From: Gemmatimonadales bacterium
GTDB taxonomy: Bacteria > Gemmatimonadota > Gemmatimonadetes > Gemmatimonadales > GWC2-71-9
DNA length: 64,000 nucleotides
Assembly: GCA_041615815.1 (NCBI GenBank)
Contig: JBFJCP010000011.1
Coordinates: forward strand, 1 to 64,000
Direction: 5' to 3'
The translations under genes and the position numbers were made by a program. A model generated the notes under the pieces. The model worked only from the letters and a program-made list of their open reading frames with translations, had not been told where the DNA came from and did no database searches. Shown one piece after another: positions 28,549 to 38,540 of this stretch (position 1 is its first letter; each line of letters begins with the position of its first letter).

Positions 28549-29400
28549 ATGACCTGGTGGTGCTCGGCTCGAGGAACAGCGTGGGACTGGACGTGGCAGG
28601 CCTATCCCGGCGTGTGGCTGTTTGGTGCACTCCTCATCATCGGATATCTCGGCGCGCACCGACGCTGGCACCCCGATCCACTCATCGGGGACGAGCCACG
28701 CCGTAAAGCACGACGCGTGGTCGCCTACGTTCTCGGCGTCGGCCTCTTGTGGATGGCCGCCGACTGGCCCGTCGGCCCCCTCGGTGCTGGCTATCTCGTC
28801 AGCGTCCACACCGTACAATATCTGACGTTCGCCATGATCGCCCCCCCACTACTCATCTACGGGACGTCACCGTGGGTCCTCCGCGGCGTGCTGCGCTCGC
28901 GTGCCGTTTGGTCCCTCCTGCGGGCGCTCACCCGCCCGCTCCCGGCGTTCCTGGTGTTCAACACGGTGATGCTCGCAACACATCTTCCAGCGATGGTGGA
29001 CGGGCTCTCGGGGTCACAAGGCGGTTCGTTCCTGATCCATATGGCGTGGCTCGGATCCGGCATCGTCTTTTGGTGGGTCGTCCTCGGGCCACTTCCGGAG
29101 CTGGGCCCCTTGCCGTACCCCGGGCGCATCCTCTTTCTCGTGTTGAATGTCTTCATCCCCACGGTGCCGGCGTCCTTTCTCACGTTCGCGGATTACCCCA
29201 TCTACGGCCTCTATGAGCTCGCACCATCGGTGGGCGCGATCACGGCTCGGACCGATCAACAGCTGGCCGGGTTGATGATGAAGCTAGTGGGAGGATTCAT
29301 CATCTTCGGGACGGCGTCGGTCCTGTTCTTTCGTTGGTTTCAGCGTGAAGACGATCCGTCGGCATCCCTCGCCATTCCCGCCGATCCGGTCCGCCAGTGA
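28549..29400 (+). CDS. ctaG: Cytochrome c oxidase assembly factor, CtaG (caa3-type) family
   Basis: YLVSVHTVQY...PPLL, HLP, FWW, YP.YG, DQQLAGLMMK. Confidence 0.83.
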   Translation: MTWWCSARGTAWDWTWQAYPGVWLFGALLIIGYLGAHRRWHPDPLIGDEPRRKARRVVAYVLGVGLLWMAADWPVGPLGAGYLVSVHTVQYLTFAMIAPPLLIYGTSPWVLRGVLRSRAVWSLLRALTRPLPAFLVFNTVMLATHLPAMVDGLSGSQGGSFLIHMAWLGSGIVFWWVVLGPLPELGPLPYPGRILFLVLNVFIPTVPASFLTFADYPIYGLYELAPSVGAITARTDQQLAGLMMKLVGGFIIFGTASVLFFRWFQREDDPSASLAIPADPVRQ

Positions 29401-29771
29401 ATGCCGCCGTCCTCATCGTGGATCACGGAAGCCGGCGCCCCGATGCCGATGTGACGGTACGCGCGCTCACGGAGATGGTCCGAGCCTTACTCCCATCGAA
29501 CACCGTCGTCGAATACGCGCACATGGAGTTTGCGGAACCCACAATCGCCGACGGCTTTCGACGCTGTGTCGATGCGGGAGCCACCACGATCATCGTTCAC
29601 CCGCTCATGCTCGCACCGGGCCAGCACGCCACCGTGGACATACCCAACCTCGTCGCAGCTGCCGCTGAGGATCACCCCGGCGTTCGATACCGAGTCACGG
29701 CACCCATCGGTGCGGACGCCAAGCTCGCACAGATCGTCGTCGAGCGGTGTCTGGGAGAATTGGAGTTCTGA
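29397..29771 (+). CDS. Short CbiX/SirB-type chelatase domain protein
   Basis: IVDHGSRR, AHMEFAEPTI, P.MLAPGQHA..DIP. Confidence 0.85.
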   Translation: MNAAVLIVDHGSRRPDADVTVRALTEMVRALLPSNTVVEYAHMEFAEPTIADGFRRCVDAGATTIIVHPLMLAPGQHATVDIPNLVAAAAEDHPGVRYRVTAPIGADAKLAQIVVERCLGELEF

Positions 29772-29791
29772 ACGACACGCAGCAGGATCGC

Positions 29792-30226
29792 TCATTGGAC
29801 GGTGATCCGACCGAGCATGCCCGCCGCTTCATGAAGAATACAGACGTACGTGTATTCGCCGGGTGTCGCGAACACCTGCGTAAAGGTGCTCCCCGCCGTC
29901 ACCACCCCTGAGTCCCACGCCTGCGCGCCCGGCGGAAGCACATTGTGCTCGGGAACAGCGGCCTGACTCGGATCGTCCGTCGTCGTGTGGGGCAACGCAC
30001 CATCGTTCACCCAAACCACCGTATCCCCCACCGACACTGTGGGATGGGACGGCGCGAAGCGCATGGCGTCGGTCATGCTGATGACGACCACTCCCGAGCT
30101 GGGAGGCATATCACGGCGAGCCGCCTCTGGTGTGGGTTGTGGATCACATCCCGACACGGATCCCACGAGAACGACGATTCCCAACGCCAGAAAGAGCGCC
30201 CACCGCTCTGATGGGTACCACGGCAC
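29792..30226 (-). CDS. Plastocyanin/azurin-family blue copper protein, probable lipoprotein
   Basis: F.P....VSVGDTVVW.N...PH...YVCILHEAAGM type-1 copper ligands; VSGC lipobox-like motif; start inferred. Confidence 0.85.
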   Translation of the reverse strand: MPWYPSERWALFLALGIVVLVGSVSGCDPQPTPEAARRDMPPSSGVVVISMTDAMRFAPSHPTVSVGDTVVWVNDGALPHTTTDDPSQAAVPEHNVLPPGAQAWDSGVVTAGSTFTQVFATPGEYTYVCILHEAAGMLGRITVQ

Positions 30227-30290
30227 AATGCCCCCTTTCGACACCTTGTCCCGGGAACATTCGGGAAATCTCCGAAGTTCCCCCTGTAGC

Positions 30291-30758
30291 ATGCGGATCC
30301 TTCATCCCCTGTTCGTGCATCTGCACATCGCCTTTCTGGTGATGGCGTTCATTGCCATGTACACCTGGTTGTTCCGAGGTTTGGCGACGAGCGTCTTCGA
30401 GGACCGCATCTATCGGTTCGCCCGTACGAACACGTGGGCCGGGATCATCACGATTGCACTCTCGATGGTCGCAGGGTTGCGAGATGCCTGGTTCGGCACC
30501 ATTGCCCGGTTCAACGGTCCAATTGGGGGCTGGATTCTCGTCAAGGTCGTTTTGGCCACGGGATTGCTCGTCATCTACGGTGTTTTCCTGTACTGGAGCG
30601 GCCGCAAGCGGAGGTATCTACAGGAGGATCGTGTTGCCATGGTGTGGTGCCTCGTGTCACAACTGGTCGGCATCGCGCTGGTTGTCGTGATCACGATAAT
30701 CGGCACGATGATCGTCTACTATCAGGACCGCCTGCCCCGGTTCCCGGTGCCGTTCTGA
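30291..30758 (+). CDS. Membrane protein, DUF2231-like
   Basis: LHPLFVH N-terminal motif and four TM segments. Confidence 0.6.
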   Translation: MRILHPLFVHLHIAFLVMAFIAMYTWLFRGLATSVFEDRIYRFARTNTWAGIITIALSMVAGLRDAWFGTIARFNGPIGGWILVKVVLATGLLVIYGVFLYWSGRKRRYLQEDRVAMVWCLVSQLVGIALVVVITIIGTMIVYYQDRLPRFPVPF

Positions 30759-30772
30759 TCGTGAGGCCAGCA

Positions 30773-32065
30773 ATGCCGCGCGTCGTGATCGTTGGCGGCG
30801 GCTTCGGCGGCCTCTACGCCGCCTCGTATCTCGCGCGTTCCGAGTTAGCGGAGCGGGGTGCCAGTATCACGCTTGTCGACCGCAAGAACCACTTCACGTT
30901 TACGCCGCTGCTGGCGGAGGTCGCGGCTGGCACTTTTGGCCGGGAGCATGTGACCCATCCGTACCGCGTCCTCGGGCGGCGGTACGGGTTTCATTTCGTG
31001 CAAGACTCAGTGAGACAGGTCGATTTCAGCGAGAGCCGCGTGAAAAGCAACCGAGCGGCGATCCCATTCGACTACCTGGTCCTCGCCGTTGGAGCTGAGC
31101 CACGCTACTTCGGGAACGATCGGCTTCGCGCGCAGAGTTTTCCATTGACTAGCGTGGACGACGCCCTGGCCATTCGGGACCGTGTGATCGGGGCTCTGGA
31201 GCTTGCGACCACCGCGGTCGGCACTCAGGACCGAGAACGCGCGCTCAGCTTCGTCGTGGCCGGTGCCGGGCCTGCAGGTGTGGAAATCGCGAGCGAGATC
31301 AATCATCTTGCCAACTACGTCTTGCGCCCATTCTACCCGGATCTCCCCAGAGCGCGCGTCTTGGTCGCGGACGGCGGTGACCGTATTCTCCACGGGTGGG
31401 ATCAAGCGCTCGCACGGGCTGGGCTGAGCCGGCTGCGCGATCGGGGCGTCGAGGTCCGGTTGCACACTCGGATCCGGGACGCAACGGATTGCGACGTCGT
31501 CTTGGAGAACGCCACGGGTCACGAGTCGATCCCGGTCCACACGCTAATCTGGACGGCCGGAACGACCCCCCGCTCCATCGCGACGGATCGCCAAATCCCC
31601 ATGGATCGCGGTGCGATACGGGTCTCCAATACTCTCCAGGTGGTGGGATTGGAACACGTGTTCGCCGTGGGAGACGTCACGGCCGCTCTCGATCACACCG
31701 GCAGTCCGTATCCTCGCGTCGCCCCGATCGCCATCAGTCAGGGGATTCGCGCCGCGGCAAACATCGAGAATCTCGCACTCGGTCGCCCGCCCGAGCCGTA
31801 TGAGGCACACCACGCGGGCAAGATCGTATCTCTTGGATCCGGTGTGGCGCTCGTCGACCTCCTCGGCATTCCTCTTACCGGCGTCCTTGCCTGGTGGATC
31901 TATCGGAGCGCCTATCTCTTGAAGCTCGTCGGTGGAAAGAACAAGGCTCGCGTTCTGGTCACGCTCGCGCTCAACAAGGTTTTCGGGCCCGACATCACCT
32001 CCGAGACGCCTATCTCGCGTCGCGAGCCTCCATGTGGCGACGCTCCACTCCTTCCTCCCGGGTAG
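30773..32065 (+). CDS. ndh: Type II NADH:quinone oxidoreductase family protein
   Basis: VVIVGGGFGGL, FTPLLAEVAAG, FDYLVLAVG, AGAGPAGVE, FAVGD, A..AISQG. Confidence 0.88.
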   Translation: MPRVVIVGGGFGGLYAASYLARSELAERGASITLVDRKNHFTFTPLLAEVAAGTFGREHVTHPYRVLGRRYGFHFVQDSVRQVDFSESRVKSNRAAIPFDYLVLAVGAEPRYFGNDRLRAQSFPLTSVDDALAIRDRVIGALELATTAVGTQDRERALSFVVAGAGPAGVEIASEINHLANYVLRPFYPDLPRARVLVADGGDRILHGWDQALARAGLSRLRDRGVEVRLHTRIRDATDCDVVLENATGHESIPVHTLIWTAGTTPRSIATDRQIPMDRGAIRVSNTLQVVGLEHVFAVGDVTAALDHTGSPYPRVAPIAISQGIRAAANIENLALGRPPEPYEAHHAGKIVSLGSGVALVDLLGIPLTGVLAWWIYRSAYLLKLVGGKNKARVLVTLALNKVFGPDITSETPISRREPPCGDAPLLPPG

Positions 32066-32079
32066 ACCCCCACGCAATA

Positions 32080-32109
32080 GGAAAATACCCGCCGAGCGAG
32101 CTCGGCGGG
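32080..32109 (-). terminator. Rho-independent terminator between convergent ndh and OPT genes
   Basis: Perfect inverted repeat CCCGCCGAGC 32088-32097/GCTCGGCGGG 32100-32109, followed on the minus strand by TATTTT. Confidence 0.7.
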
Positions 32110-32139
32110 CGCCGTTCACGTGAAACGAACGGTGATTTC

Positions 32140-34209
32140 CTACCTGGCGCTGGCGTTGACCTGGCTCGCGACCCGATACAACCACATCACGAACAGCGCC
32201 AGGCCCAGGATCCCCAGGATGTTTGCCACCGGCTCGAAGCCCGGCGGGGCGATGGTCAACACGTCTGTGCTTTGTGCCGCGGCGAACGGTATGGCCAGGA
32301 GAATCCCCACCAGTGCCTCACCGGTGATCAGACCTGACGAGAACAAGAGGCCTCGCTGTGTGCCCAACGTCACCTGGGCATCCGAGGCGCCGCGCTGCCG
32401 CAGGCCGCGGGCCGCCAACCACGCCACCATCCCACCGATGAAGATCGGCGTCGTGAGCTCCAGCGGAAGGTAGATCCCGACCGCGACGGCGAGCACGGGC
32501 GTGCGGAACGTGCTGCCCCTCGACTTGAGAATCTGGTCCAACACGATGATCCCCGCGGCGATGATCGTGCCGATCCACACCATCGTCCACGGGAGATCGC
32601 GCGTGAATACCCCATTCGCCACCGAGGCCATGAGGGTTGCCTGCGGGGCGGACAGCGCCTCCCCGGGATCCATCCCCACCCTCGGGAATACATCGCCCAG
32701 ACCGTAGGCAGAAAACAGCAGTTGCAGGATGGGGGCAATCACCAAAGCAGCCGCTACGACTCCGAGGATCTGCATGATTTGTTGCTTGTACGGAGTGGCT
32801 CCCACGATGCGTCCGGCCTTGAGGTCTTGCAGGTTGTCTCCCGCAATGGCCGCCGCACAGGCCACCACACCTCCCACCAAGATCGTCGTGGCCGCCGCCG
32901 TCGTCGCCTTCGCGGTGTCCACCATGAAGTCGATCTGCCCTCCCAGGATCCAGAGCAGAACCAGAGAGATCGTGAGAATCGTCGCGATGGTGACGCCGGA
33001 AATGGGATTATTCGACGAACCCACGAGTCCCGCCATATAGCCGGCAACCGAAGAGAACAGAAAGCCGGCAATGAGGGCGAACACGACGCCCAACGTTACG
33101 ACCCCCGTGTACAACCCAGGCGAGATTCCCAACGCCTCTTGATCGATGACGAACAGAAATACCACGAAGATCGGGATCGCCAACGCGATCGTCCCAATCG
33201 CAACGAAATGGATGGGCGTGTCGACTTCCGTTCGCGGAACGTCCACGGCCCCGCCGGACCGGGCCGTCTTCACCGCCTGCAACGAGGAGCGGATGCCGTC
33301 ACGAATGGGACGTAGCAAAGACAAGAGCGCCCACAGTCCACCCGTGGCCATGGCACCCACACCCATGAAACGGATGCGCTGGCTCCAGACTTGCTCTGCC
33401 GCCTCGAACCCGCTCGCGTCACCCACGATCTGCTGCAGCTCCGCGGGCGGGACGATGGCTGTGTAGATCGGGATCCCGAACAGCCAGGAGATGAGCCCGC
33501 CCGCGAACACTAGGATGGCGATGCCGAGCCCGACGATGTATCCAACGCCCAGCAAGGCCACCCCCAGCTCGCTGCCGAATCCGAAGATCGACCCTCCACT
33601 GGTAGTGACGGCACCGCTGTATTTACCAGCCACGATCTTCAGGCCGGTCTGAGACAGCTTGAGGAGTGCGCCAGCGACTCCGGCCACGGCAATCAGCTTC
33701 GCGCCCTGTCCGCCTTCAGTCCCTGCCTTCAGGACCTCGCCCGTCGCGACGCCTTCGGGGAATTGCAGCTTGGCTTCGATGATCAACGCCCGCCGGAGCG
33801 GGATGGTAAACAGCACGCCCAGAATACCTCCACAGAGCGCGATGCCCAGGGTGGGGAGGAACTCGAACCCCTGCCAATGCTGGAGCATGATGAGCGCCGG
33901 CAACGTGAAGATGACGCCTGCCGCGAGCGACTCGCCTGCCGACGCGGACGTCTGGACGATGTTGTTCTCCAGGATGTTGTGCCGCTTGAAGAACCGCAGG
34001 ATGGCCATCGAGATCACCGCGGCCGGAATGGAGGCCGAGACAGTCAGGCCGACCTTCAGCCCCAAGTAGGCGTTCGCCCCGGCGAGCACCGCCGACAGGA
34101 TGAACCCCAGAACCAGGGCTTTGAAGGTGATCTCGGGCAACGATTGCGAGGCCGGAATGTAGGGAGTCTCGACCCCTTCGTCCCGCGCCGGAGCTGGGTG
34201 CGCGCTCAT
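32140..34209 (-). CDS. OPT family oligopeptide transporter
   Basis: ANAYLGLKVGLTVSASIPAAVIS, ENNIVQT, FPEGVA, GSSNNPISG, DNLQDLKAG, APQATLM. Confidence 0.96.
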   Translation of the reverse strand: MSAHPAPARDEGVETPYIPASQSLPEITFKALVLGFILSAVLAGANAYLGLKVGLTVSASIPAAVISMAILRFFKRHNILENNIVQTSASAGESLAAGVIFTLPALIMLQHWQGFEFLPTLGIALCGGILGVLFTIPLRRALIIEAKLQFPEGVATGEVLKAGTEGGQGAKLIAVAGVAGALLKLSQTGLKIVAGKYSGAVTTSGGSIFGFGSELGVALLGVGYIVGLGIAILVFAGGLISWLFGIPIYTAIVPPAELQQIVGDASGFEAAEQVWSQRIRFMGVGAMATGGLWALLSLLRPIRDGIRSSLQAVKTARSGGAVDVPRTEVDTPIHFVAIGTIALAIPIFVVFLFVIDQEALGISPGLYTGVVTLGVVFALIAGFLFSSVAGYMAGLVGSSNNPISGVTIATILTISLVLLWILGGQIDFMVDTAKATTAAATTILVGGVVACAAAIAGDNLQDLKAGRIVGATPYKQQIMQILGVVAAALVIAPILQLLFSAYGLGDVFPRVGMDPGEALSAPQATLMASVANGVFTRDLPWTMVWIGTIIAAGIIVLDQILKSRGSTFRTPVLAVAVGIYLPLELTTPIFIGGMVAWLAARGLRQRGASDAQVTLGTQRGLLFSSGLITGEALVGILLAIPFAAAQSTDVLTIAPPGFEPVANILGILGLALFVMWLYRVASQVNASAR

Positions 34210-34384
34210 ACGGTTCCCCTAGGGTTGGCAGCCATGGGCCCGACTCTCGACCGTCGGAAGACCAGAGCGACGAGAACAGTCACGGATGGCGCTGAATGTT
34301 CCGCGTCCCCGGTGGGCTGTCAAGCGCTTGTGGCAGAAAACGTTGGGTTGCCCTCAGGCGCCGACCCATGTCTATTACCGGACC

Positions 34385-35452
34385 ATGAAAACGGCCTCGC
34401 TCGCGTTTCTCAAACGGCTACTCGACGCTCCGGGACCTTCCGGCTTTGAAACCCTTCCCGCCCGCATTTGGCGTGAGGAGGTCGCGGGGTTTGCAGATCG
34501 AGTGACGAGCGACGTCTCCGGCAACACCATTGGTTGCCTCAATCCCGACGCATCCCCTCGCGTAATGTTTGCTGGCCACATCGACGAGATCGGGCTGATG
34601 ATCGTGCACGTCGATGACAAGGGGTACCTGTACTTCGCCACGATCGGCGGTTGGGACGCCCAAGTGCTCGTGGGTCAACGTGTCCTCATCGTGACGAAGC
34701 GGGGTTCCATTCCTGGTGTCATCGGGCGCAAGCCAGTCCACCTCATGGAGTCGGATGAGCGAGACAAAGTCGCGAAGGTGTCAGACCTTTGGATCGATAT
34801 TGGAGCAACGTCACAGCGCGATGCGTTGAAGCGGGTCCGGGTGGGCGATCCCGCGGTCCTCGCGGCGACGGCTCTCGAACTCCCCGGCCATCACCTCATC
34901 TCGCGCAGCATCGACAACCGCATTGGCGCGTTTGTGGTGGCGGAAGCGCTGCGACTGCTCGTCCGTCCTCGAGCCAAAGCCGGCGTGCACGCCGTGGCCA
35001 CCACGCAGGAGGAGATTGGCTGGTCTGGCGGCGGCGCGCGCACGAGTGCCACGAGCATCGACCCCCGCGTGGCCATCGTCGTGGACGTGACCCATGCGAC
35101 GGATCACCCCGGCACGGAAAAGAAACAGCATGGGGATACCAAGCTCGGAGGTGGACCGGTGCTCGCCCGCGGATCTGCAGTCAACCCGTTGGTGTTCGAG
35201 ATGCTCGTGGAGACGGCGGAAAAAGAAGGAATTCCTTACTCGCTTCAGGCAGCGCCGCGCGACACAGGGACCGACGCCGACGCCATACACACGGCCCGAC
35301 AGGGGATCGCGACCGGTCTGGTGTCCGTCCCCAATCGATACATGCACAGCCCAAACGAAATGGTGGATATTCGCGATCTCGAGCGGGCGGCTCAGCTCCT
35401 CGCTGCGTTCGCGCGCCGCCTCACGACCAAGAGCGACTTCACTCCTCGCTAG
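34385..35452 (+). CDS. M42 family aminopeptidase
   Basis: PSGFE, AGHIDEIG, DNRIG, QEEIG, VDVTH, GTDAD, RYMHSP. Confidence 0.95.
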   Translation: MKTASLAFLKRLLDAPGPSGFETLPARIWREEVAGFADRVTSDVSGNTIGCLNPDASPRVMFAGHIDEIGLMIVHVDDKGYLYFATIGGWDAQVLVGQRVLIVTKRGSIPGVIGRKPVHLMESDERDKVAKVSDLWIDIGATSQRDALKRVRVGDPAVLAATALELPGHHLISRSIDNRIGAFVVAEALRLLVRPRAKAGVHAVATTQEEIGWSGGGARTSATSIDPRVAIVVDVTHATDHPGTEKKQHGDTKLGGGPVLARGSAVNPLVFEMLVETAEKEGIPYSLQAAPRDTGTDADAIHTARQGIATGLVSVPNRYMHSPNEMVDIRDLERAAQLLAAFARRLTTKSDFTPR

Positions 35453-37049
35453 CCGGCGTGCGTTCGGCACGGGCGAGCGCCTCATGAGCAGCTTCCCGTA
35501 CCTGCTTATCGCGATCGTTTGTCAGCTCGACGAGGACGGCACGGGCCGCGGCACCTCCGGAGAGCCCCAACGCCTCGATCGCCGCCAGACGCGGCGCGAT
35601 GGGCTTGCGCTTGAAGATGGACCCACCCGTTTCGGCGACTTTTGTGAGTACCTGGATCGCCTCCTGCGTCCCGATGCGGCCCATAGCCCGATAGTACTCG
35701 CAGAGGATCTCGGTATCCTCTTCGTTCTCGGCGGCAGCAACGAGCGGCATCACCAACGCCGCCATCCCGCGACCTAAGATCTCTCGGGACACGGCAAGGC
35801 GCACGTCGGGTTCGGGATCGCGAATCAGCGCACGAAGATGCGGGGCGGCGGCCCCGGTACCGATGCGCGCCAAGGCCACGCCGGCGGAGAGCCGAACACG
35901 GGCATCGGTGTGGCCGACCGCCTTGCCCAACGCTGGTACCGCCTCCTGCACCTCCAGCTCCCCTACGAGGTCGGCCATATTCCGCACGACGTACCATTGA
36001 TGGTGGGAGAACATGCTGATGATGACGTCCATCCCCATCTGCGATTCTCGCAGGGCCTTCAGGTAGGCCCGTCGCTCGGCGAAGGTGGGCGCCTCCACCA
36101 GCTTGTCCAGCAAGACCTGTGTACCGCGCTTGCCAACATACCGCATGAACGCGACGGCATCCGAGGCGTAGAGCTCATCGACCACTAGTGCCGCAAACTG
36201 CACGAGCGCCTCGTGCGTCCCGATTCGCTGCAGGGCAATCGTGTAGGCACGAATACTGTCCTCGTCCGGCGCTCGCTCCCGCTCCTTGAGCACGGCGGAC
36301 GCGGTCTCGAATGCCTCCTGACTCTTGCCCTCGACGATCATCGTGGCCACCCGCCGCACCGTGTCGTTCAGCTGACGCATGAGGTCGACGTCGCCTGCCC
36401 CTTCCAGCATCTCCTCTTCCGCTGGCTCCTCACGCGCTGGCTCCTCGGCCGGAAGCATCCCCGGCATCACCCCATCCTCCGTCATCACCACTTCGCGATG
36501 CACCCTCTGCGCGGGGGCCGCCCGTTTCTTGAGGGTCTCGGGCTGAGTCGCCTGCGGCTGAGTCATCTGTTCCAGCTCATCGAGCACGCCGGCGGCCTTG
36601 AGGGCATCGGTCACGCGGACGGCGGGAACCGATCCGCGTCCCTTCCGGGCCTGCGCAGCCGTGATGAGAGAGATCGTCAAGACATTCGCTTCGTGGAGCG
36701 TGCCCTCGACGCCGCCGGCCGTTTGGAGCTCCGCCGGAGGTCGGGAGAGGGTATACAGGAAGGTGAGAAGATCGAGCGCGGAGGCCTTGTGCGCGATGAA
36801 CACGGCAGCAATGCCGTGCTCGCGCATTTGTTGCGAGAAGGTGGTAGCGAACGGCGTCTCGGGTGGGACGGCAACCCCTTCAATCGTAAGGGTGCTCCCG
36901 TACCGCAGCCGAACGGTCGCACTGCGCTCCGTCGTCAGTTCCACCAGTGAGCGCAGCGCGGCCTTGTGATCGTCAACGGCGTCCGGGGAGCGACGCAGGA
37001 GGTCGACGCAGCGTCCCAGGAGGACGGCGTACTTGTGTTCAAAGCGCAT
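35439..37049 (-). CDS. HEAT-repeat protein (paralog B)
   Basis: C-terminal HEAT/PBS repeats (WYVVRN...VGEL, DARVR..A..ALARIG, D.DKQVREAA..AL). Confidence 0.8.
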   Translation of the reverse strand: MRFEHKYAVLLGRCVDLLRRSPDAVDDHKAALRSLVELTTERSATVRLRYGSTLTIEGVAVPPETPFATTFSQQMREHGIAAVFIAHKASALDLLTFLYTLSRPPAELQTAGGVEGTLHEANVLTISLITAAQARKGRGSVPAVRVTDALKAAGVLDELEQMTQPQATQPETLKKRAAPAQRVHREVVMTEDGVMPGMLPAEEPAREEPAEEEMLEGAGDVDLMRQLNDTVRRVATMIVEGKSQEAFETASAVLKERERAPDEDSIRAYTIALQRIGTHEALVQFAALVVDELYASDAVAFMRYVGKRGTQVLLDKLVEAPTFAERRAYLKALRESQMGMDVIISMFSHHQWYVVRNMADLVGELEVQEAVPALGKAVGHTDARVRLSAGVALARIGTGAAAPHLRALIRDPEPDVRLAVSREILGRGMAALVMPLVAAAENEEDTEILCEYYRAMGRIGTQEAIQVLTKVAETGGSIFKRKPIAPRLAAIEALGLSGGAAARAVLVELTNDRDKQVREAAHEALARAERTPASEE

Positions 37050-37106
37050 GGAATGGGCGTAAAGTACGAACCTAGAGGCACCTAGGCAAACACCACTGGG
37101 GGGTCG

Positions 37107-38540
37107 CTACTGGGATGCCTCGCGCAGCTCGGCGAGGGCCTCCCGCGCCGCCTCTTGCACGTCCCTGTCGCGATCGCGCACGAGCTCCTCCAATGTCTCC
37201 AGCACCGCCGGGTACCGGCTCCGCCGGAGCGCGTCGATCGCGGCCAGGCGGACCGGTTTGGGGCGACGCCCAAACCACCGTCCCGAATGGGCCGTGCGCA
37301 TGAGGATGGCCACGGCATCCGGCGTTCGAATTCGTCCCAGCGCTTCCACGTATTCGGTTGCCAGTTTCGGATCCTTCTCGCGCTCGAGGATCGAGGCGAG
37401 CGGTCGGACGAGCGCCGTCGCTTCCGGCCCCTGCACCGCCGTGAGCACCAAGCGGCGGAGCCGGGGATCGCCCTCGGTGAGGAGCCGTGAGAGATGCCCG
37501 AGCGTCTCCGGTGTGCCCACTTTAGCGAGAGCGACCGCCGCGGCCTGCCGGACTCGGCCGTCGCGGTGCTCCAAGGCCATCGCGAGCTCGGGCACGACCT
37601 CTCGGATCCCCAGCTCTCCCACGAGCCACGCCGAGTTCCGGACCACGTACCAGTCCGGGTGCCGCAGCATAGAGACCATCAGGTGATAGCCCTCGTCTAC
37701 GTCTCGCAGCGATCCGAACGAGATGCGACGCTCCTGCATGGTGGGCTGGGAGTTGATCTGATCCACCAGAACCTTCGTCCCGTCGGCCCCGGCCCGCCGT
37801 AACACACGCGATGCAGCATCGCCGTACCGGGAGTCCTGCAACATCCCCGTCACCTTCTGGAGGATGCCTCGCGTGAGGCCGCGGCGCAGTGTGATTCCAT
37901 AACAGCGCCGAACATGATCGTTCGGGGCCTTTCCCTCGAGCCCGATCACGGCCGACAGCGCCTGGATCGCCTCCTCCAACCGGTCCGCTTCCAACGCATG
38001 CTGAACCTCCACACCCACCGCATTGAGCCGGTCCAGCACATCGTCACCGTGCGGGGAAGCCGCCAACCGGCGCATGGCGGCGGCGAGCGAGGTGAGGGGC
38101 GGCGCCCGTGTCACCGGCACCTCATGATCAAAGGCTTCGGCCGCGGAGGTTCCGGCCAGGGTGACGAAGACTCCGGTGCCGCGCCATTCAGCCGCGAGGT
38201 ACTCAGCAAGTTCTTCGACATTGTCGGTGTCGGGGTCAGCTGCCAATCGCTTCAGCAGGTTGAGCACCTCCGATGGGGGCGCGCCCTTAGAGAAGGAGAT
38301 GGTCGTGACGCCGTGGCGCTCGAGTTGCCCGATGAGTTCGGTGACCAACGGTAGGGCAGGAGCGATGGACTGGCCCTCGACCTCGATCGTTCCCTCGCGA
38401 ACGAGCACGGTGATCGAACCGAGCTTGGTCAGGGCAACCAACGCACGGAGAGCAGCCTTCTGCTGGGCGACGTCGGGGGATGTGCGTATGAGGTGCGCAG
38501 CACGCGCAAACGTCACCGCAAAGTGATCAGGATTGATCAT
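37107..38540 (-). CDS. HEAT-repeat protein (paralog A)
   Basis: Same architecture as the downstream gene; ATG at 38540 aligns the shared N-terminal KAALR.LV.LT segment. Confidence 0.8.
   Translation of the reverse strand: MINPDHFAVTFARAAHLIRTSPDVAQQKAALRALVALTKLGSITVLVREGTIEVEGQSIAPALPLVTELIGQLERHGVTTISFSKGAPPSEVLNLLKRLAADPDTDNVEELAEYLAAEWRGTGVFVTLAGTSAAEAFDHEVPVTRAPPLTSLAAAMRRLAASPHGDDVLDRLNAVGVEVQHALEADRLEEAIQALSAVIGLEGKAPNDHVRRCYGITLRRGLTRGILQKVTGMLQDSRYGDAASRVLRRAGADGTKVLVDQINSQPTMQERRISFGSLRDVDEGYHLMVSMLRHPDWYVVRNSAWLVGELGIREVVPELAMALEHRDGRVRQAAAVALAKVGTPETLGHLSRLLTEGDPRLRRLVLTAVQGPEATALVRPLASILEREKDPKLATEYVEALGRIRTPDAVAILMRTAHSGRWFGRRPKPVRLAAIDALRRSRYPAVLETLEELVRDRDRDVQEAAREALAELREASQ

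Noticed and set aside
32112..32127. parS-like sequence CCGTTCACGTGAAACG
   Set aside because: Right half matches, but there are four mismatches to TGTTTCACGTGAAACA overall; single copy and no parAB nearby
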